64,000 nt of DNA from Styela clava. Taxonomy: Eukaryota. The notes under the pieces are model-generated. The model made no database searches and was not told the DNA's origin. It was given only the letters and a program-made list of their open reading frames with translations. The stretch covers positions 14,508,001 to 14,572,000 of the forward strand of contig NC_135259.1 of assembly GCF_964204865.1 (NCBI RefSeq), in the 5' to 3' direction. Position 1 is the first letter of the stretch, and each line of letters begins with the position of its first letter. Made by a program: the position numbers and the translations under genes. Positions 38,178-52,400 of this stretch are shown here, piece by piece.

Positions 38178-40937
38178 ATGCATCTCGAATAACTGCCACG
38201 AATGCAAACGCTGTCTATAAGTAGGAGCTCGATTGGGAAAAACAATGCGAGAGTTGGCCTAATAGATTCAGAACAAATTATGTTACCTTAACCTATGACC
38301 AGAAAAATCATACTTATCATACGCGACGGGAGTTTCTCCGAGCCCTTCGCCCCAGGAAACCTGCTCTTATACTTTATCACTGCCAAATTTTTATGCTCAT
38401 TGGATAAATGTTTTAGCGAGTTAGCGATTTTGATTCAAAATACTTAACCGCCTTCAATCACCTAGTCTGCTACAGCTTTGTTGGGCTTATTTTCGTTTAC
38501 CACAAGAATCCGCAACTATACTAAAATTGCACAAAATGACAGTTGAGTTATCAGATTTAAAAAAAAAAGTGTCGGGCAGGCTGCATAAATGAGAGCCTTC
38601 TCTTTCAACTACACTCGACCCACAGCACCTTCTAGACTAGAGTCTATATCACGATGAAAAATCTGGACTAATCATAATAGTGCCGTGATATTAGTCAATC
38701 GAGTCACCCAAGAAATGCATCCGCTGGTTCTTAATGTTTTATTTTCCCATTGCTTCACTTTTAATCTTCACGAGGTATTGCATGAGTAATTTAACAGAGC
38801 GTTTAAAATTACGACAAAATAAATTGGATTCTCATGTAAATCTTAGTGATGGAATCATAGAGAATTTTATTCTCTGTTCCGTCATTATTACAAACCATTT
38901 TGATGTGATTTTCAGCCATGTGTACATCAAAGATCTGACTAAAATCATCCATTATGTTCTTTCCATTTAACACGTAATACACAGGAAGCATTGTTTTTAA
39001 TTTCGTTATTATGAGTAATAAACTCGTGAAATCATAAATAGTGACGTCACAAAGTACAAACCCGTATGCGCTTATAATGTGAAATAAAAAATACAATCTG
39101 CAGCGTAATATATGTTATTATGCTCTCACTAAAATATACGGAAAAGGTAACATTTTTTAAAACATATAGCTAGAATTAAATATATATCACATATTATTAT
39201 ATACTCTTAAGTCATTTTCCAATCGCGGAAGAATGCTTTTCCATGGGGAATTTTTCTGGGGAAGAATTTTGATTGCTGTAGTATTACCAATCTTTAATTT
39301 TATATTACTTACAATACTTATTTATGCAGAAATTTTAAACTATTCAAACTGTACAAAAGAGTTAGTGCGACTTGCATATAACACCAGCACCAGCTATAAC
39401 ACCACAATCCACTGCTCTAAGGTGCAAATTGCACATGCTATAATCTATTTTGTTTTTTATCAGGCCATCTGTTGACAGTACCACTCAGTTTTATATTACA
39501 CATATGGCGCCGTTCAGTTGAGCCGAAGGTTGAACATTGTGAAGACCTTGATTCTCGAAGTTGGGTTTTTTGTTGATTCCAAGTACCTTCGTACGCAGTG
39601 AATCTGGCCAATGATAACTTGTATACTGCTTATCAGTCAGCACATTCGAGTTGTCTTCATGCGACAGGACAAGTATACCGTTATAATGCAACAAAATATG
39701 AGGTAATATATAATAATATAAAATAAGATAGCAATGCTAAAATATGTAGAAACGAAAGTCAAAATAAATCCGCCACATGCCCATTCTAAAACCTTCAAAT
39801 ACCAAATCAAATTGCAAAGCTGAAAATATATTCATGAATAAATAGCGATTATCCAACTCTTTATTTCCCCCGAAATTAGGCGTGAAATAGGACCCGATTA
39901 AAATTTGAAATATATAACAGTAATAACTTTATAAGAATAAATGATGAATTAATTACCGTACTCACCGTAACGTCTACTTTTCGAAAATATGCCAAAATTT
40001 TCCCTTCTCTAAAGAATACCATTCGACTTCATATTTCTCTGTTTATTAAAATTTTTTCTATTGGCTCATCTACGGGTGTTGATCTATATTCTATATGTAC
40101 TAACTATTTTTTAACAATTAATTAAGATTACCTCGTGCTATCGATTGGACAAGTCTGGCCATCCCTCCCACCCAGTATAGGAGATTAAATTATAGAGAAA
40201 CGGCAAAACGAATGGCGCTTGTTTACAGCCATATAGTTGAGCATTTACGTATGGATAGGCCCATTAACAACAACACGTTAACCTGTGCTGACATTGAAAA
40301 GTAAATCGAAATAACATTCATGTTACGTCATCGATCTTTTAACAGGATCAGCGTCCATTTCAACTAATAGATAGTCACGTGATCAGTACCGCGGACAAAA
40401 GCAATTGAGTGCTTTTGTCCGCTGAATGTTTCCTTCGATCAAGCATAAAAGACACTTGAAGCGTGTCTACTGATGGTGAATATATCATAACCCACGTATG
40501 GCCTTTGTAACGACTGTAAATTGATCTGCTTTGTTGTTTTGTCTTCGTTCGTTGTGTTATTGTTCTTTAGAAGGGAGAGTGATGGTAGAGACAATTCAAA
40601 CACACAGCTTGGAAATTTCGGAATTCATAACAGTGTTTGGTAGGTTAGTTTAAAAGTTACAAGGGATGAGTATATAGCTGTCGGAGATTCTGAGACCGTT
40701 TTTCTTTCATATCTGTAGGTGATTTTAGAATAATATTAAAAAAGTGTTGTGTACATACATCAATATTAAGCACCTGATAACTATTTTGTGTTTCATGTAT
40801 GGATATCACTCAAGGCTTCAGATGAGCTAATAAAGTGAAAGAATACGTTTATGCTGCATGTGCTGACTATTCGATACGGAACTAAGTAAAATCCAATATC
40901 ACTGATTTGTGACAAACGTTATTACTTACTCAAGAAT

Positions 40938-42290
40938 ATGAATCGAAGTCATATTGGACCACACGTGCCCTTGCTGCAGCGTATATTTTGTGTTTTATCA
41001 ATAATAGCAATCCCATTAGGACTTTCAACACTCGTTGGCGGTGTCTTGATTATAATATTCTTGTCTGGTGCAGCATCTGCAGCGTCTGGAGCAATTGTGA
41101 TCTTCGTTGGATTCTTAATATGTACATTAACGCCTTTCATATCCTATAAAATTTTTAATCTTCGTATCAAGTTATACGAAGGATCCCCAAGGATTGTAAA
41201 GAGCTATGGAGAGTTTCCAAATGATCTCACCTACCCTCAAAGAGGGATGAATCTCTACAGCGTTGCCGAGTTTACTGATGGCACGCAGCCGGGTGGAACT
41301 CAAACACAAGGTATTTAAAATCGAATTATACTGCTTATCTCATGTTCATATACCTAGCGAATGATGTATCGATATAATTTATTATGTTAATTTATTATGC
41401 AAGTTTATTATAATTTTCCCACTAAAATATTCTAATTCCGTCCCGATGATTGTTTATGGTTTTCTTGAAGTAATTGTACACTATCAAAGCATTACCTTAA
41501 AGTAAACTGAACGACGGGGAGGGAACGCTTAAAAGGCAATCGAATTGTTGCGTCCATATCTACCAACTACCTGCTATGATCTATGCAGTTCGAACCCAAT
41601 CTATCACCGTCCGACATTGTCTTATTCCGATTCTTGAACCAAATACCCATTTGTCAGCGATTACAAAAGCCTAGTAGTGTTGAAAACATTGTTAACGTAT
41701 GCATAATAAAATGATGGCTATTTCTTTCTGAAATTTCAGTTAAGTATTAATAGCTTAATCAACCAAAGTAAATACTATGGAGAACTTGCAGTATATGGGA
41801 AGTATATTGAAAAAAAAATTTTCAACATCTTAAAACGTAGTAGCAGAATATAAGATAACTAAACCGCATTTTCAGTAAAACTTCAAAATGTATTATTTCA
41901 GCTGGCCCATCGAGGTCCACATACCTTCCAGCAGAAAAAGAAATACGCCTTGACTTTGAAGAACAATCAACATCTTTTGGAGCAAACATGACTCCACAGA
42001 CTGAGTCGGAGAGAGAAGAAAAACCGTCTCAACCCCAAATGTTATCATTCGTAACGACGCAGCCTAAATCCAAATCTGATTGGAAACCAACAAAGACAAA
42101 ACCTTTGAGGCCAAGTAAGCAGCAAATGGTTGACGAAAATTCGGGTGTTTACTATTCCACGGTTAAAGACGAGAATGGAGGACAGCATTTTAGTGTTTCT
42201 AATCCAGATATACCACCACGTAATGTGAGCAGACTCCATCCACAGCCGAATATGCAACGCGATGATAATACCAGTCGAACAAAGATATAG
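40938..42290 (+). CDS. Orphan two-transmembrane protein with long cytoplasmic tail, ~253 aa
   Basis: Exons 40938-41310 and 41902-42290 (G|GTATTT...TTTCAG|CT, phase 1) join two ORF-track ORFs in frame. Two hydrophobic segments (IFCVLSIIAIPLGLSTLVGGVLIIIFL; GAIVIFVGFLICTLTPFI); the tail contains VYYSTV and ends RTKI*. Confidence 0.75.
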
Positions 42291-45200
42291 ATTTAACAAA
42301 ACGTAACTAGTCAGCTGCTCTATTCTTCATTCGCAGTCCACCAAATCCAATTAAAACCGCTGCGCTTAACCGGTAAACAAAAAATGGATTTTTAAAATTG
42401 ATTTGAATATCATTCAAGGACCCAACAAAGACTATTGCCCAATCCTGATGTTTTATTCATATCATGAATCACTCCCGATACAAGTACATACAAATCACAT
42501 CAGTCTCAAAGTAAACTACCAGTATTTTTAAGCAAGTGTAAATAATCTTTTTTCAGATTATTGATAATTATTTCATATACTTTTTTTTTGTAAACAATAT
42601 TGTTCATGAAGAGTGTATTTATACTAGATGAAATATTTACCTAAAATATATATATATATGCATATTTACTCAAAAACGAAAGTGAAACTACTAAAAGTTA
42701 CTTTCTGAAAATACTAAAGAGCAGACAGTTTTGATCTGGTAAATTAACGTTTGGGAAATCTAGCCAACGAAAGTAAAATGACTCGGATAGGGTTAGCTGG
42801 TCGGATACCAAATGCATTCAGGCTTTCCCCCAACCTCTCGTTAGTGGTTGTTGCAATATTATATATTCGTGGGCCACTTCGTGCAGCGTCCCCTCCCTTC
42901 CGTAGACCTGTCAGATTCTAGTGGGAGGGATCTATCGGACAATTCTGACCTCACGCTCAAACAACACTGAAAATGGAGCCATTTTTATCAAGGCATGTTT
43001 CGAAATAACGGACTGTAATGTTAGTTTATACCTTCGATTGGGTTTCTGTGGGACTAAATACATATCCTTCTATGCTTTATGCCGGTTGATCCATATGCAT
43101 TTAATACAAGGATGCTGTAGTAAGAGTGAAGATAAACATAACCATGATTCAAGAGTCTTTCTACACACTGACACAGATATATTTCTGTAAATTTGCGTAA
43201 AGACTTCCTCAGATATACATTATTTAACTACAACAAGATGAGAAATTGCATGTATTGTGCGGAGCAAAACTCTTTAATCACGGGGAAATATATACTACTG
43301 TTACGGAATATTTAGGTCCATAGCTACCACAAACGGTGGATTTTTCGAATACCTGAATATGTATAGAAGGTGAATCGTGGCTTGAGTTAGCAAGTATGCG
43401 CATTTGTTGACGTCCTCCATTTTTTTTTCAACCGCCGATGGATGTGGATTGTTCTCTGTGTTGATCCATTCTATTTCCGCTATGCAGGAACGCCGCTCGC
43501 AGCACACAATACCAACTGCCTGATACAGTCTCAGTGTTTGCTTCATTGCTCATTTTAAAAGTTTCATTTATGCCATCATAAAATTCTATCTCACATTTGA
43601 GTTTAGATAATTTTACAACAAATCTATATCCAATGCGGTTGTTCATTTCAACAACGAGAGAGAAATGCTCAAATATATATACACGAAGGTAGCAATTACA
43701 TCGATGCCGGTAAGATCGCGGATGAGCAGCGGTAGCAGTACCGACTTCGTTGGGAAAATGTTAAATTGATCGAAGTAATGCCATGTGGTGGCGCAATATG
43801 AGCCGAATTGTCAAATTTGGGGTGTTAATTGTAGCAAATGATAAACTTTGAATGGGAATATGTGGTACAAGCTCTCGTTCTACAACGGAATAACCTATTT
43901 TGCCAAATAAATTTCATGCCCGATTTCAGGTTAGTTCACGGACAATCCACAACGCGCACTAAATACCTTGAGAAACAGATTATTATCAGATGCAACACAT
44001 ATCTCTCTCACTTCCTTCTACTGTATAGCTTTTGATTAGACCATACAGTAAACCATATCTGTATTGGAAGTTTTCATGGCTGGAATTCACCCGAGGTTAA
44101 AATAACAAAACCCAATAATCTAACGCCGATCGCCTCGTACATCGCAATCGCCCAAGTACGAAGCATTATTTCAGAAATTTAACGGGTTGCCCAACCCAAA
44201 GAAATGACTTAATCGACGACTCTACAAGTACCAATTTATTTGAACGTCCATAAAATATATACGTTGGATAGTGTGTAGCATGCCTTAATCGTAACGACCA
44301 ATGTTTATGTATTTCTGCATCAACCAACCTGTGCATCCAGAATGTTTATCCAGTTATAACTGTTCCCTGGCAGAAAATAGGCGAGAGATATAAATATCAT
44401 ATAATTCAACCGTCTCATAAGCTTCCCTTTCTCACATGATTAACTTGGAGACGCAAATTACGTGCGAATTATAGCACGTGTTATGTCGACGGGTGGACAG
44501 TATTCCAGTTTCACACATTCTTCATTATCTGGCGATTTTGTCCACGGATGGGAAACAAGCTACTGCAATAATAATTCCTAATCACTACATAATACTAGTT
44601 CATGGTACGCATTGTTTTTGAAGTGTGTCGCAGTATTAATAATTCAAACATACTGTCAAGATATATTTACGAAATGGCAATATTATTGTAAATATTAATA
44701 CAACAAAAAATTATCGGTTCTTCTTATACATGCGGCATTAGCTAGCAATGTGGAATTTTCTTTCGAAAGGAAATAATGGTGCGACTGAAAACTCTGGACA
44801 GACGTAGTTATGCACATTATGTACTTTTTGCAGAAAAGGTCACTTGTGAGTTGGTATTTCTAATTAATGACGTTTGATTACAATCCCAAAAAACACTGTT
44901 ATACTTTTTTATAGGAAAAATGGTTTCAATCATAATAGAATAGAAAACCACTTTATATGCTGAGGAACAATGATTGAAAGTCAATATTATATGATTTTTT
45001 TTGGAGATAAATTAAAGTTATAATGAAATAAACGTTTTCAAAGTCTGTTTTTACTTTTGAAGTTGCCTCTGGCTGGCAATATCGGGAGGCAGAGATGTTG
45101 GCAAAGTATATGTAAATCTGTGTCAATTAAAGAAAGCTGCATACCTGGAGTAATATCTGGAAGTGGAATCCATGACATTGAGTATTTACTAATATTTCAC

Positions 45201-48200
45201 TTCTAGCAAGTTTTTTTTAAAAGCAGTTAGAAGTAGAAACAGGATAAAATATTGGACTGATTATAGGAATAACTAGTAATTCAAAAATGTCATTGTATTT
45301 GACGATTCTGTTATGAAAAAAAGTGCAGTTGAATTAATCAATATCGTCTTCTATATCATTTATTATTTGATTCGGCATTAAAAGGACAAAAATAATTGAA
45401 TGGAAAATGTGAAATAATATTAATGTTCAATATTTTAGCATAAACTGTTAGTTTATTTCTGATCGCATAGTTACGCGCAGAAAATATTTGAGAATAAAGG
45501 GACAATCGAATTAAAATAAAAAACAAATATTCATTTTAATCTAATGATAAATTTAACATTGTTGTGAAACTACGCACGAAAATAATTAAAGGTGTAGCAG
45601 ACAAGTTTGAGACATATTACTTTGCTTTAATTAAACCCTTTTAAAATTGCAGGTTTTTGGAATAATTAATTTTCAGGCCTAACCTTTACATATTGTATCA
45701 TAATATAAGATAGCTATAAATTAAATTTTTAGAATGTGTTAAATACTAAGTATAATACTGTTGCTTCTTGCATGCAAAAATTAATTTTTTCTTATTTTTT
45801 TTATTTTCCAAATAATATCATTCTTAATTATATCAGTATTATTCTAAATTATGTGTGTATGAGTGTGAATGAATTAATAATTTACAACATATTTCTTAGG
45901 TGAGTGGAACTTTATTTGTTAACACAATTAAATTTGGAAAGACTCTATTTTTAAGTTATGTTTTGTTTGCTCTATTGATTCTGTAATCATTTTAAATTTA
46001 TTTTTATCAAATATTTTATCGCTTATTATGGAGTTGAAATGCAGAAAACAATGGTGACCAAATACGCACGGAGAAAGATAAATTTCTGAATAGTCTCTCA
46101 AATAAAACACTGTAAAATATAGAATTACGTCAGAAAACGCGCCTAAATTATTTTACAATTCGAGAGTCAATTCGAGGTGAAAAATCTGGTTTGAAAAAAA
46201 ATAAAATATATTTTCGATTTGTAAACTCTTTTGAATTTTTATTGAAATACTTTGAAAATACTGCTTCAAACTATGATTAAATACTAGCTTATAGAGAACA
46301 TCTATATCTTTGTAATATTTTCAAATAAAATTTTAACATTCGCCCTTTTGTCTCGAAATCTTTGCATTACAGTTCCGCAAACGAAGTACGTTATTACGTA
46401 CGTCTTATGAGTTTCACGTTAGAGTTTCTGTCATTCTGATGTTCTCTATGTCATTGTTTGATTTGTATTTTCACAAACTCCTAATTTTGAGCCCAAATTA
46501 TTGCAATCAACGCTACTTACATGTCAAATCGGAACCGAAAATGAAGCAGCTGCAATTCTGAAAGCAACACTAAAAGTTGATAATTGCGTAAAATTACATC
46601 GTATTATCGCCTTCCAAACATTTTTGTGACGTAGGTAACGCGTGAAGTAAATGATATACTATTTGACGTAAAATTTTATTTAGTATTGTTATAGAAAGTT
46701 TTAGACAATAGCTCACATTCTCAAAATATCTTTGTTTTATTCAACATTATCTTGATTCCTTGTACAGGGTATAATTATGGAAATTGATAGTTGAGAAACC
46801 AGAAAAACTTTTTTATTGATGAAAATTCGGAATATTAATTCAAATGTAAATATTCATTTTAATGTCTTCTCAAGGTAAAGATTCCAGGTCCAGAACTTTA
46901 GCTAGGGTGCTTTGATAGGCCAGGCCTGGACTGGTAATTTACTAACAAATCAAAAATAGTAAATTTTTCCGTACTTGTCTGTAGGTGTTCGTGCAGAGCC
47001 TTGGTAAGAGTGGAATTGTGCAAACGCCCTTTCATCAACTACTATTTATTTTTTATCCACGTGTTATAAGTGGGGCGATACTCCTTTAAACTGCAACGTT
47101 TCACACCTTTTCCTAATCAGCATCGTTTCAAACTTGGCCAAATAAAAATTGGTCACCCTTCATTGTCAATTTAATTTATTGTCCGGTAATATAATCCTGA
47201 GAAGTATAATAAAAAGTACCGTTAGTATTGAGTAAACAAACAATTTCACGAATAGCGTTCAAGTTCCGCCCCTCTTTATAGCATAATAATCCTCTTAACG
47301 ATTCTCATTATGACATCAAAATGGGATTACAGCTTCATCCGACTTTGGTCATTCGCCATTCAACAAATGAAGACCCCAATAGCATAAATATCGCGCTTCA
47401 CTCATAGAAAAAGATTCAATGTCGTTCAATTTCAGAAAAATCATTGTTTTGGAAGAAAAAATAAAAATGAAAACGTAGATAGTAAAAATTTGTAAAAAGT
47501 GCATCTTGAAAAAATATTAAAGTGATAACAGAGAATACGTAACTTAATATATTACCTTTAACAATTACTTTCTGGCGTTTGAATAATTCCCGGAGGATAA
47601 TTTCAGTTTATTTACTCGTTCACAATGATGATTAACCTAGTAAAAATAGATGAAATATTGGTTTCAGAAGGGCCACAGTACTAAAGCAGTATTCATTGCC
47701 CAATTATCGGTATTTTCTGGGCGACTTGACCAACTTTTTTATCAGTGTACTCTTGTTACTTTTTGTAAGCTCAAGTATCCGTAGTCCAAGGCGGTAATTA
47801 TTTTTATTTCCAACTATTGCGTCATAATAATCTTCTCTAATTGTTTGTTTGTCGTAATATAACTACATCCATACGTCGCCATATCTTCGATCAAGCTTAC
47901 TCGAGCCATTGATACGTTGGTTAAGTAAGGTTTAATCAGGATAGAAATCCTCAAATCATCTAATTTGTACTCGAATAAACATAAAGGACTCGCTTTTATG
48001 CCCTGTCCATTGAAACTGTGAAATTTGTGTTTCCTCTACGATTGTTACGGTACAGGAAACATTTTGAACATCTAAAACGAGGTATTCTCATTGCAAGAGT
48101 TCAATCAATTATTACTTATAGTATTTATTTATCAGTCTTTAACGATTTCTTCTCTTTTTGGTCATGTCACCTTGGAACTTTTGTGGCACGATAGAAATTT

Positions 48201-49448
48201 ATTTTATTATTTCAGAGTTGAATTTTACACCATTGATTAGTGCAATGAACAGAACATATTGTTTCAAAGACAAATTTTATAATACCAAAGTATAGGTCGA
48301 TCGTATGAATGGTACCGGTGTCATTTCATCGATATTTCAAGTTTTTATGACGTCACTAAACAACCTTTTATAAGGAGTAATGTATGGAGATATAAGAATT
48401 AGAAAAAACAGATCTGTTGGGCATAGAAAACTGAATTTTTTTAAATCCGTTTCAGAGAGTTGACTTGGGTTGATTTCTAGTAGGAGTGAACCTGAACGTG
48501 CATTTGTCAATATGATAACAATGTTAGACGCATTCCACGGCATAATTATTTGTGCAAACGAGTAAACCTTACGATTTTTCAAACAGTATTTTACATGCCA
48601 ATGTATAGCAATAAAATTGGACACTTTCGCTTCTATACTAACAATTATGTAATCGTGTTGTAGCCCACGGTAATGTTTAATGTGTAATTAACTTGGCGTT
48701 TTTCTCTCCTCGCAAAACTAATATTTCCTTCTATCGCCCCTCAAGTTGCTCATTACGTGGGAGTGAGTGTACAAGACAGGAAGTAATAACTTAAACGGCG
48801 TCGATATCTTTCAGTAGTCGCTGATATAAGATAATGAAGAGATTACAAGCTTAGAAATAAGATAACACAATTATAATAGTGAAGATGTCCAAAATGATTG
48901 CTATCAGGATTTAAAATTTATTCTCAGAATGAAATAACTTTTAGGCTATTGCTCTCCATGGTATTGCTACTCCATCGTATAATTTTTGAACTTTTGCGAA
49001 TGTGAGTGTTTGAAAATTTCCATATTTTTTCTTAGAGTAATATTAATCTTAAAAGATGAAAAACTAGGATAAACTAATTGTAAGAAATATCTGAGCTCGC
49101 TTTGCGTTGAATCTGTATTTATTCCATATATGATCTTTTTTATTTCAACACAAAGTATATCCACACCACAAATTTCTTCCATGTGATGTTCGCGTTTTTT
49201 ACTGATGAGTATTTCACTAAAAGAGTGTTTATTATTTGAAAAAAAGTTTAATTACCAATTGGTCTAGATGGCAACTTTCGTTGGTAGGGACCAACAAAAA
49301 TGACTGCACAAGATGAAAGATTCTTTCCATCCTTATATTAATATATATATTAATATTTTTTAAATATTATCAATAGTTTAATATAAGTCTAATCAAATAG
49401 TTCGAAGATAGATCGGTGAAGATATTTTTGAAATCCAGTTAAAGAAAA

Positions 49449-52400
49449 ATGTAAGTAGTAAATCGATTAGGTCGCGCCTAGTATGGCGAATGATTCAATT
49501 CGTCGTCGATTTTTTTTGTTGTTGCATGGAATGAATGAAGTTCTTTTTGGGGAATAACATTGAAATAGAATATTCTGAAAAAAGTAGCTATTGAAATCCC
49601 AATATCTTTCATGCCTTTTTCTCCTAAAAAAATTAACTTTGATTCAATATTGATGACCTATAATTTTATTGAAAAAAAATTTCCTTTCCGTCAGAATAAT
49701 AAAATTTATAAAATTATAGATGCAAATTAACAAAATAGCAAGTAGCCATTTATATTCTAATTTAGACTGTCCCTTTTTTGGATCTCGTTAACGTTTTCAC
49801 TGCTTTAAGCTAACAGGAAACTCAAAATAATATGTTGAAAAGATTAATCCACAGACTCGATCTTCGAGCCTTTAAACCGTCAAAGCATTAGGACTAAGCT
49901 ATTACTTGACTCTATTTCAAGTTCCATCTTTAAATTCAGGGCAATAATCAGTTTCCATTACGTGATTCTTGGGGTAGCGATTGTATTTTTACAATTTTTT
50001 GTGACAACTCAAGCGACCACACAAGCAGTTCCGACAACACCCGCGAAAGAAATATATAAAGCTGTATTTTATTCTAAGGAACCGGGAAAAGAAAACAAAA
50101 TAGGTTCGTATTTTTCTTTTTGTGGTGAGTTCTTCGATATGTACAAGTCTGATAATAGAAATTAAAGCAACCAATTCGTACATGCTGTCTTAGGAAGTAA
50201 GTTGGATGCTACTTAGAATTACTGCAAACTCCAACTCAATGTAGGGTTGTCGGGAGGACTGTCGTTCGTCTGTCGTTCCAATGCTATAAAAAGTTAGGTT
50301 TGCATGTTTTAGCTAATGGATGGCACGGTGATACAATATTACTAATATACAGTATACTCGATCTAACAAAATGTATTGCAATAAAATTAAACTAGGAAAT
50401 AATTCCAATTGATTTAAATAGGCATGGAATGAATTGGACATCGATCAGTGTGAAATAAAACCTCTTTAGTTTCCAAATTATATCAAACCCATAGGCTACA
50501 ATGAAATACGCTGTTTTCAATGTAATTATATGTTTAAAAGGACCAATTAAAATGAAAGTATCTGTTTTTTAAATTCTTTTAGCAAATTTCAGTCAGTAGT
50601 TCCCAAAAACAAATTAATCATTATGTTTAGTTTGAAGACGCGATTGTTAAAAAATTGTGGTAAAATTCGTGAAACGCACCAAGATCTAATTTTCGCAACA
50701 AAGCGCAAAGTTAGTGTCTTAGTCATCGGTAAAATATAACATGTAATGTCGTTTGGCATTTGACAAAGACAGCCCATACGTGAAAATTATACGTAGGACA
50801 ATTACATCAACAATGAAACTTAATAAGGGCAAATTGACCTTAATTTACTTTCAACATTGAATTTTTAAAGCAATTTCAGTGTCAATTCAAAATATGTGTT
50901 AAATTAGGGGTCATGAAATGTAATAACGTCACTATCATCCAACTAAATAGCCACAGAGGCAGATATACAGAGAGGTAAATATTGTTTGCTACACATTGAA
51001 AACACGAAATTACAACAAACTACTAGTGACAAAGAAGAGATCAATGATTCGTCACGTCCATGTTTCCGCAGTTCAAAAGATTCTGTCCAAATTATCTGAA
51101 ATTATGAAAAAAGTCCCGGCTTATATCCAGCCATAGATCGATTGGGAAAAAGTCATCTTCATCACATTTTATGTTATGCCTAATTGATTAAATTGAGTTT
51201 TATTGTAAAACTTCAAGAAAATAATTTGTTACCTCAATTGTACTTTACTAAAGATGCTTTTCTTCAATCTACTTATTATAAGTACTTGGGCTTGATATCA
51301 ACTTTTTCACAGTTCATGGACGAATAGGACATGTAATGAAATAACAGGGTATTTGAGTTCGTGTCATAGTAAGATAAAATGCCACGTAGACTGTTCAACC
51401 CAATGTCTTTAGTCTTTTCGACCAAACTTATTAGTGAACTCAGCTCTTTAGCCCCCCAAATATTATTCTCAATATTATGAAAAAACTTCTGGTAATTGAA
51501 AAGAAAAAACTTCATGATATAATGCAAATTTTTTTTTATATTTTTGGCGGAATCTTATAAACTATGCAATTCGTGGGAGAACGTAATATAATTATACTAG
51601 ATTGTATATTCTGCGTTAAAGTGGCGCTAGTGACCAAAATTAAACCTTATTTGAAGCAATTTTCTCTTTTATAATAAAAACCAACAGATTTTAATAAGTC
51701 CTCGAAAATTTGCAATTTTAATTTGAAATGCCATAGCATGTTATTAAAGCACTCACAACAATTAATTGATGCTTCAACGCGGAAACCGTGACTCGACTCA
51801 ACAGTAACCACATTGTTAAAATGAGACGAAAAATCGCTGAAAACTTCAAGTTAACAAACTGACCGTGTATTTTGGGCTAACATAAATTTAAAACGCGATT
51901 TTATCGGTTTCATAATTGTGCATCAGGTTTGGCGAGTTTATTACAATGTAATGCATGCTTTGTAAAGTCAGTGATTCAATATGAATAATTTTGTTTATTC
52001 GCGCCATATTCTTTAAGTTTAGTCTTAGCAATACAAAAAAGTTTTTAGTGTCAATATCAAGACTAAAAACTTCCGACCGAAATCCCAACCGATTTAATAT
52101 TGAACCTGTAGAAATTAGTTTCCATGTCATTGACTAACATGAATTAAATGGATAAGAAGAAAACTTTGAGAAGTTTTATTAACTGTGGATCGGTTTTTGA
52201 AAATAATTTTGTTCAAATGTATAATTTTTCAAATATGTACTAATTCTAAATTTTATAATCCATTAGAAAATCAACCAAAATAACGTTTTCTAAGACGTTT
52301 AATATTAAGTGGAACAGGCGATGCTCGACCAGAGCATTTCTTTATTTTGTGTTCATTACGTCTTTACCAATCTTCGATTCGCTTAAATTAAACCGGATCT

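Larger units (their letters stand above)
17810..39030. repeat. Segmental tandem duplication, unit B
   Basis: Colinear with 210-17150, and longer mainly because of copy-specific transposon insertions. Confidence 0.95.

Noticed and set aside
38809-39096. Minus-strand ORF partly open in both duplicates (IFD.HMA.N.IKM.C.ND)
   Set aside because: No recognisable domain or convincing splice structure; similarity is explained by the duplication.
41575-41625. GTTCGAACCC B-box suggesting a tRNA gene
   Set aside because: No cloverleaf or matching A-box; at most a SINE remnant.
43301-43646. Overlapping minus-strand ORFs in the intergenic region
   Set aside because: No recognisable motif and no phase-compatible partner exons.
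51276-51527. Antisense ORF with acceptor-like site inside the PAN-gene intron (possible nested gene)
   Set aside because: Isolated, with no upstream exon or domain similarity that I can support.
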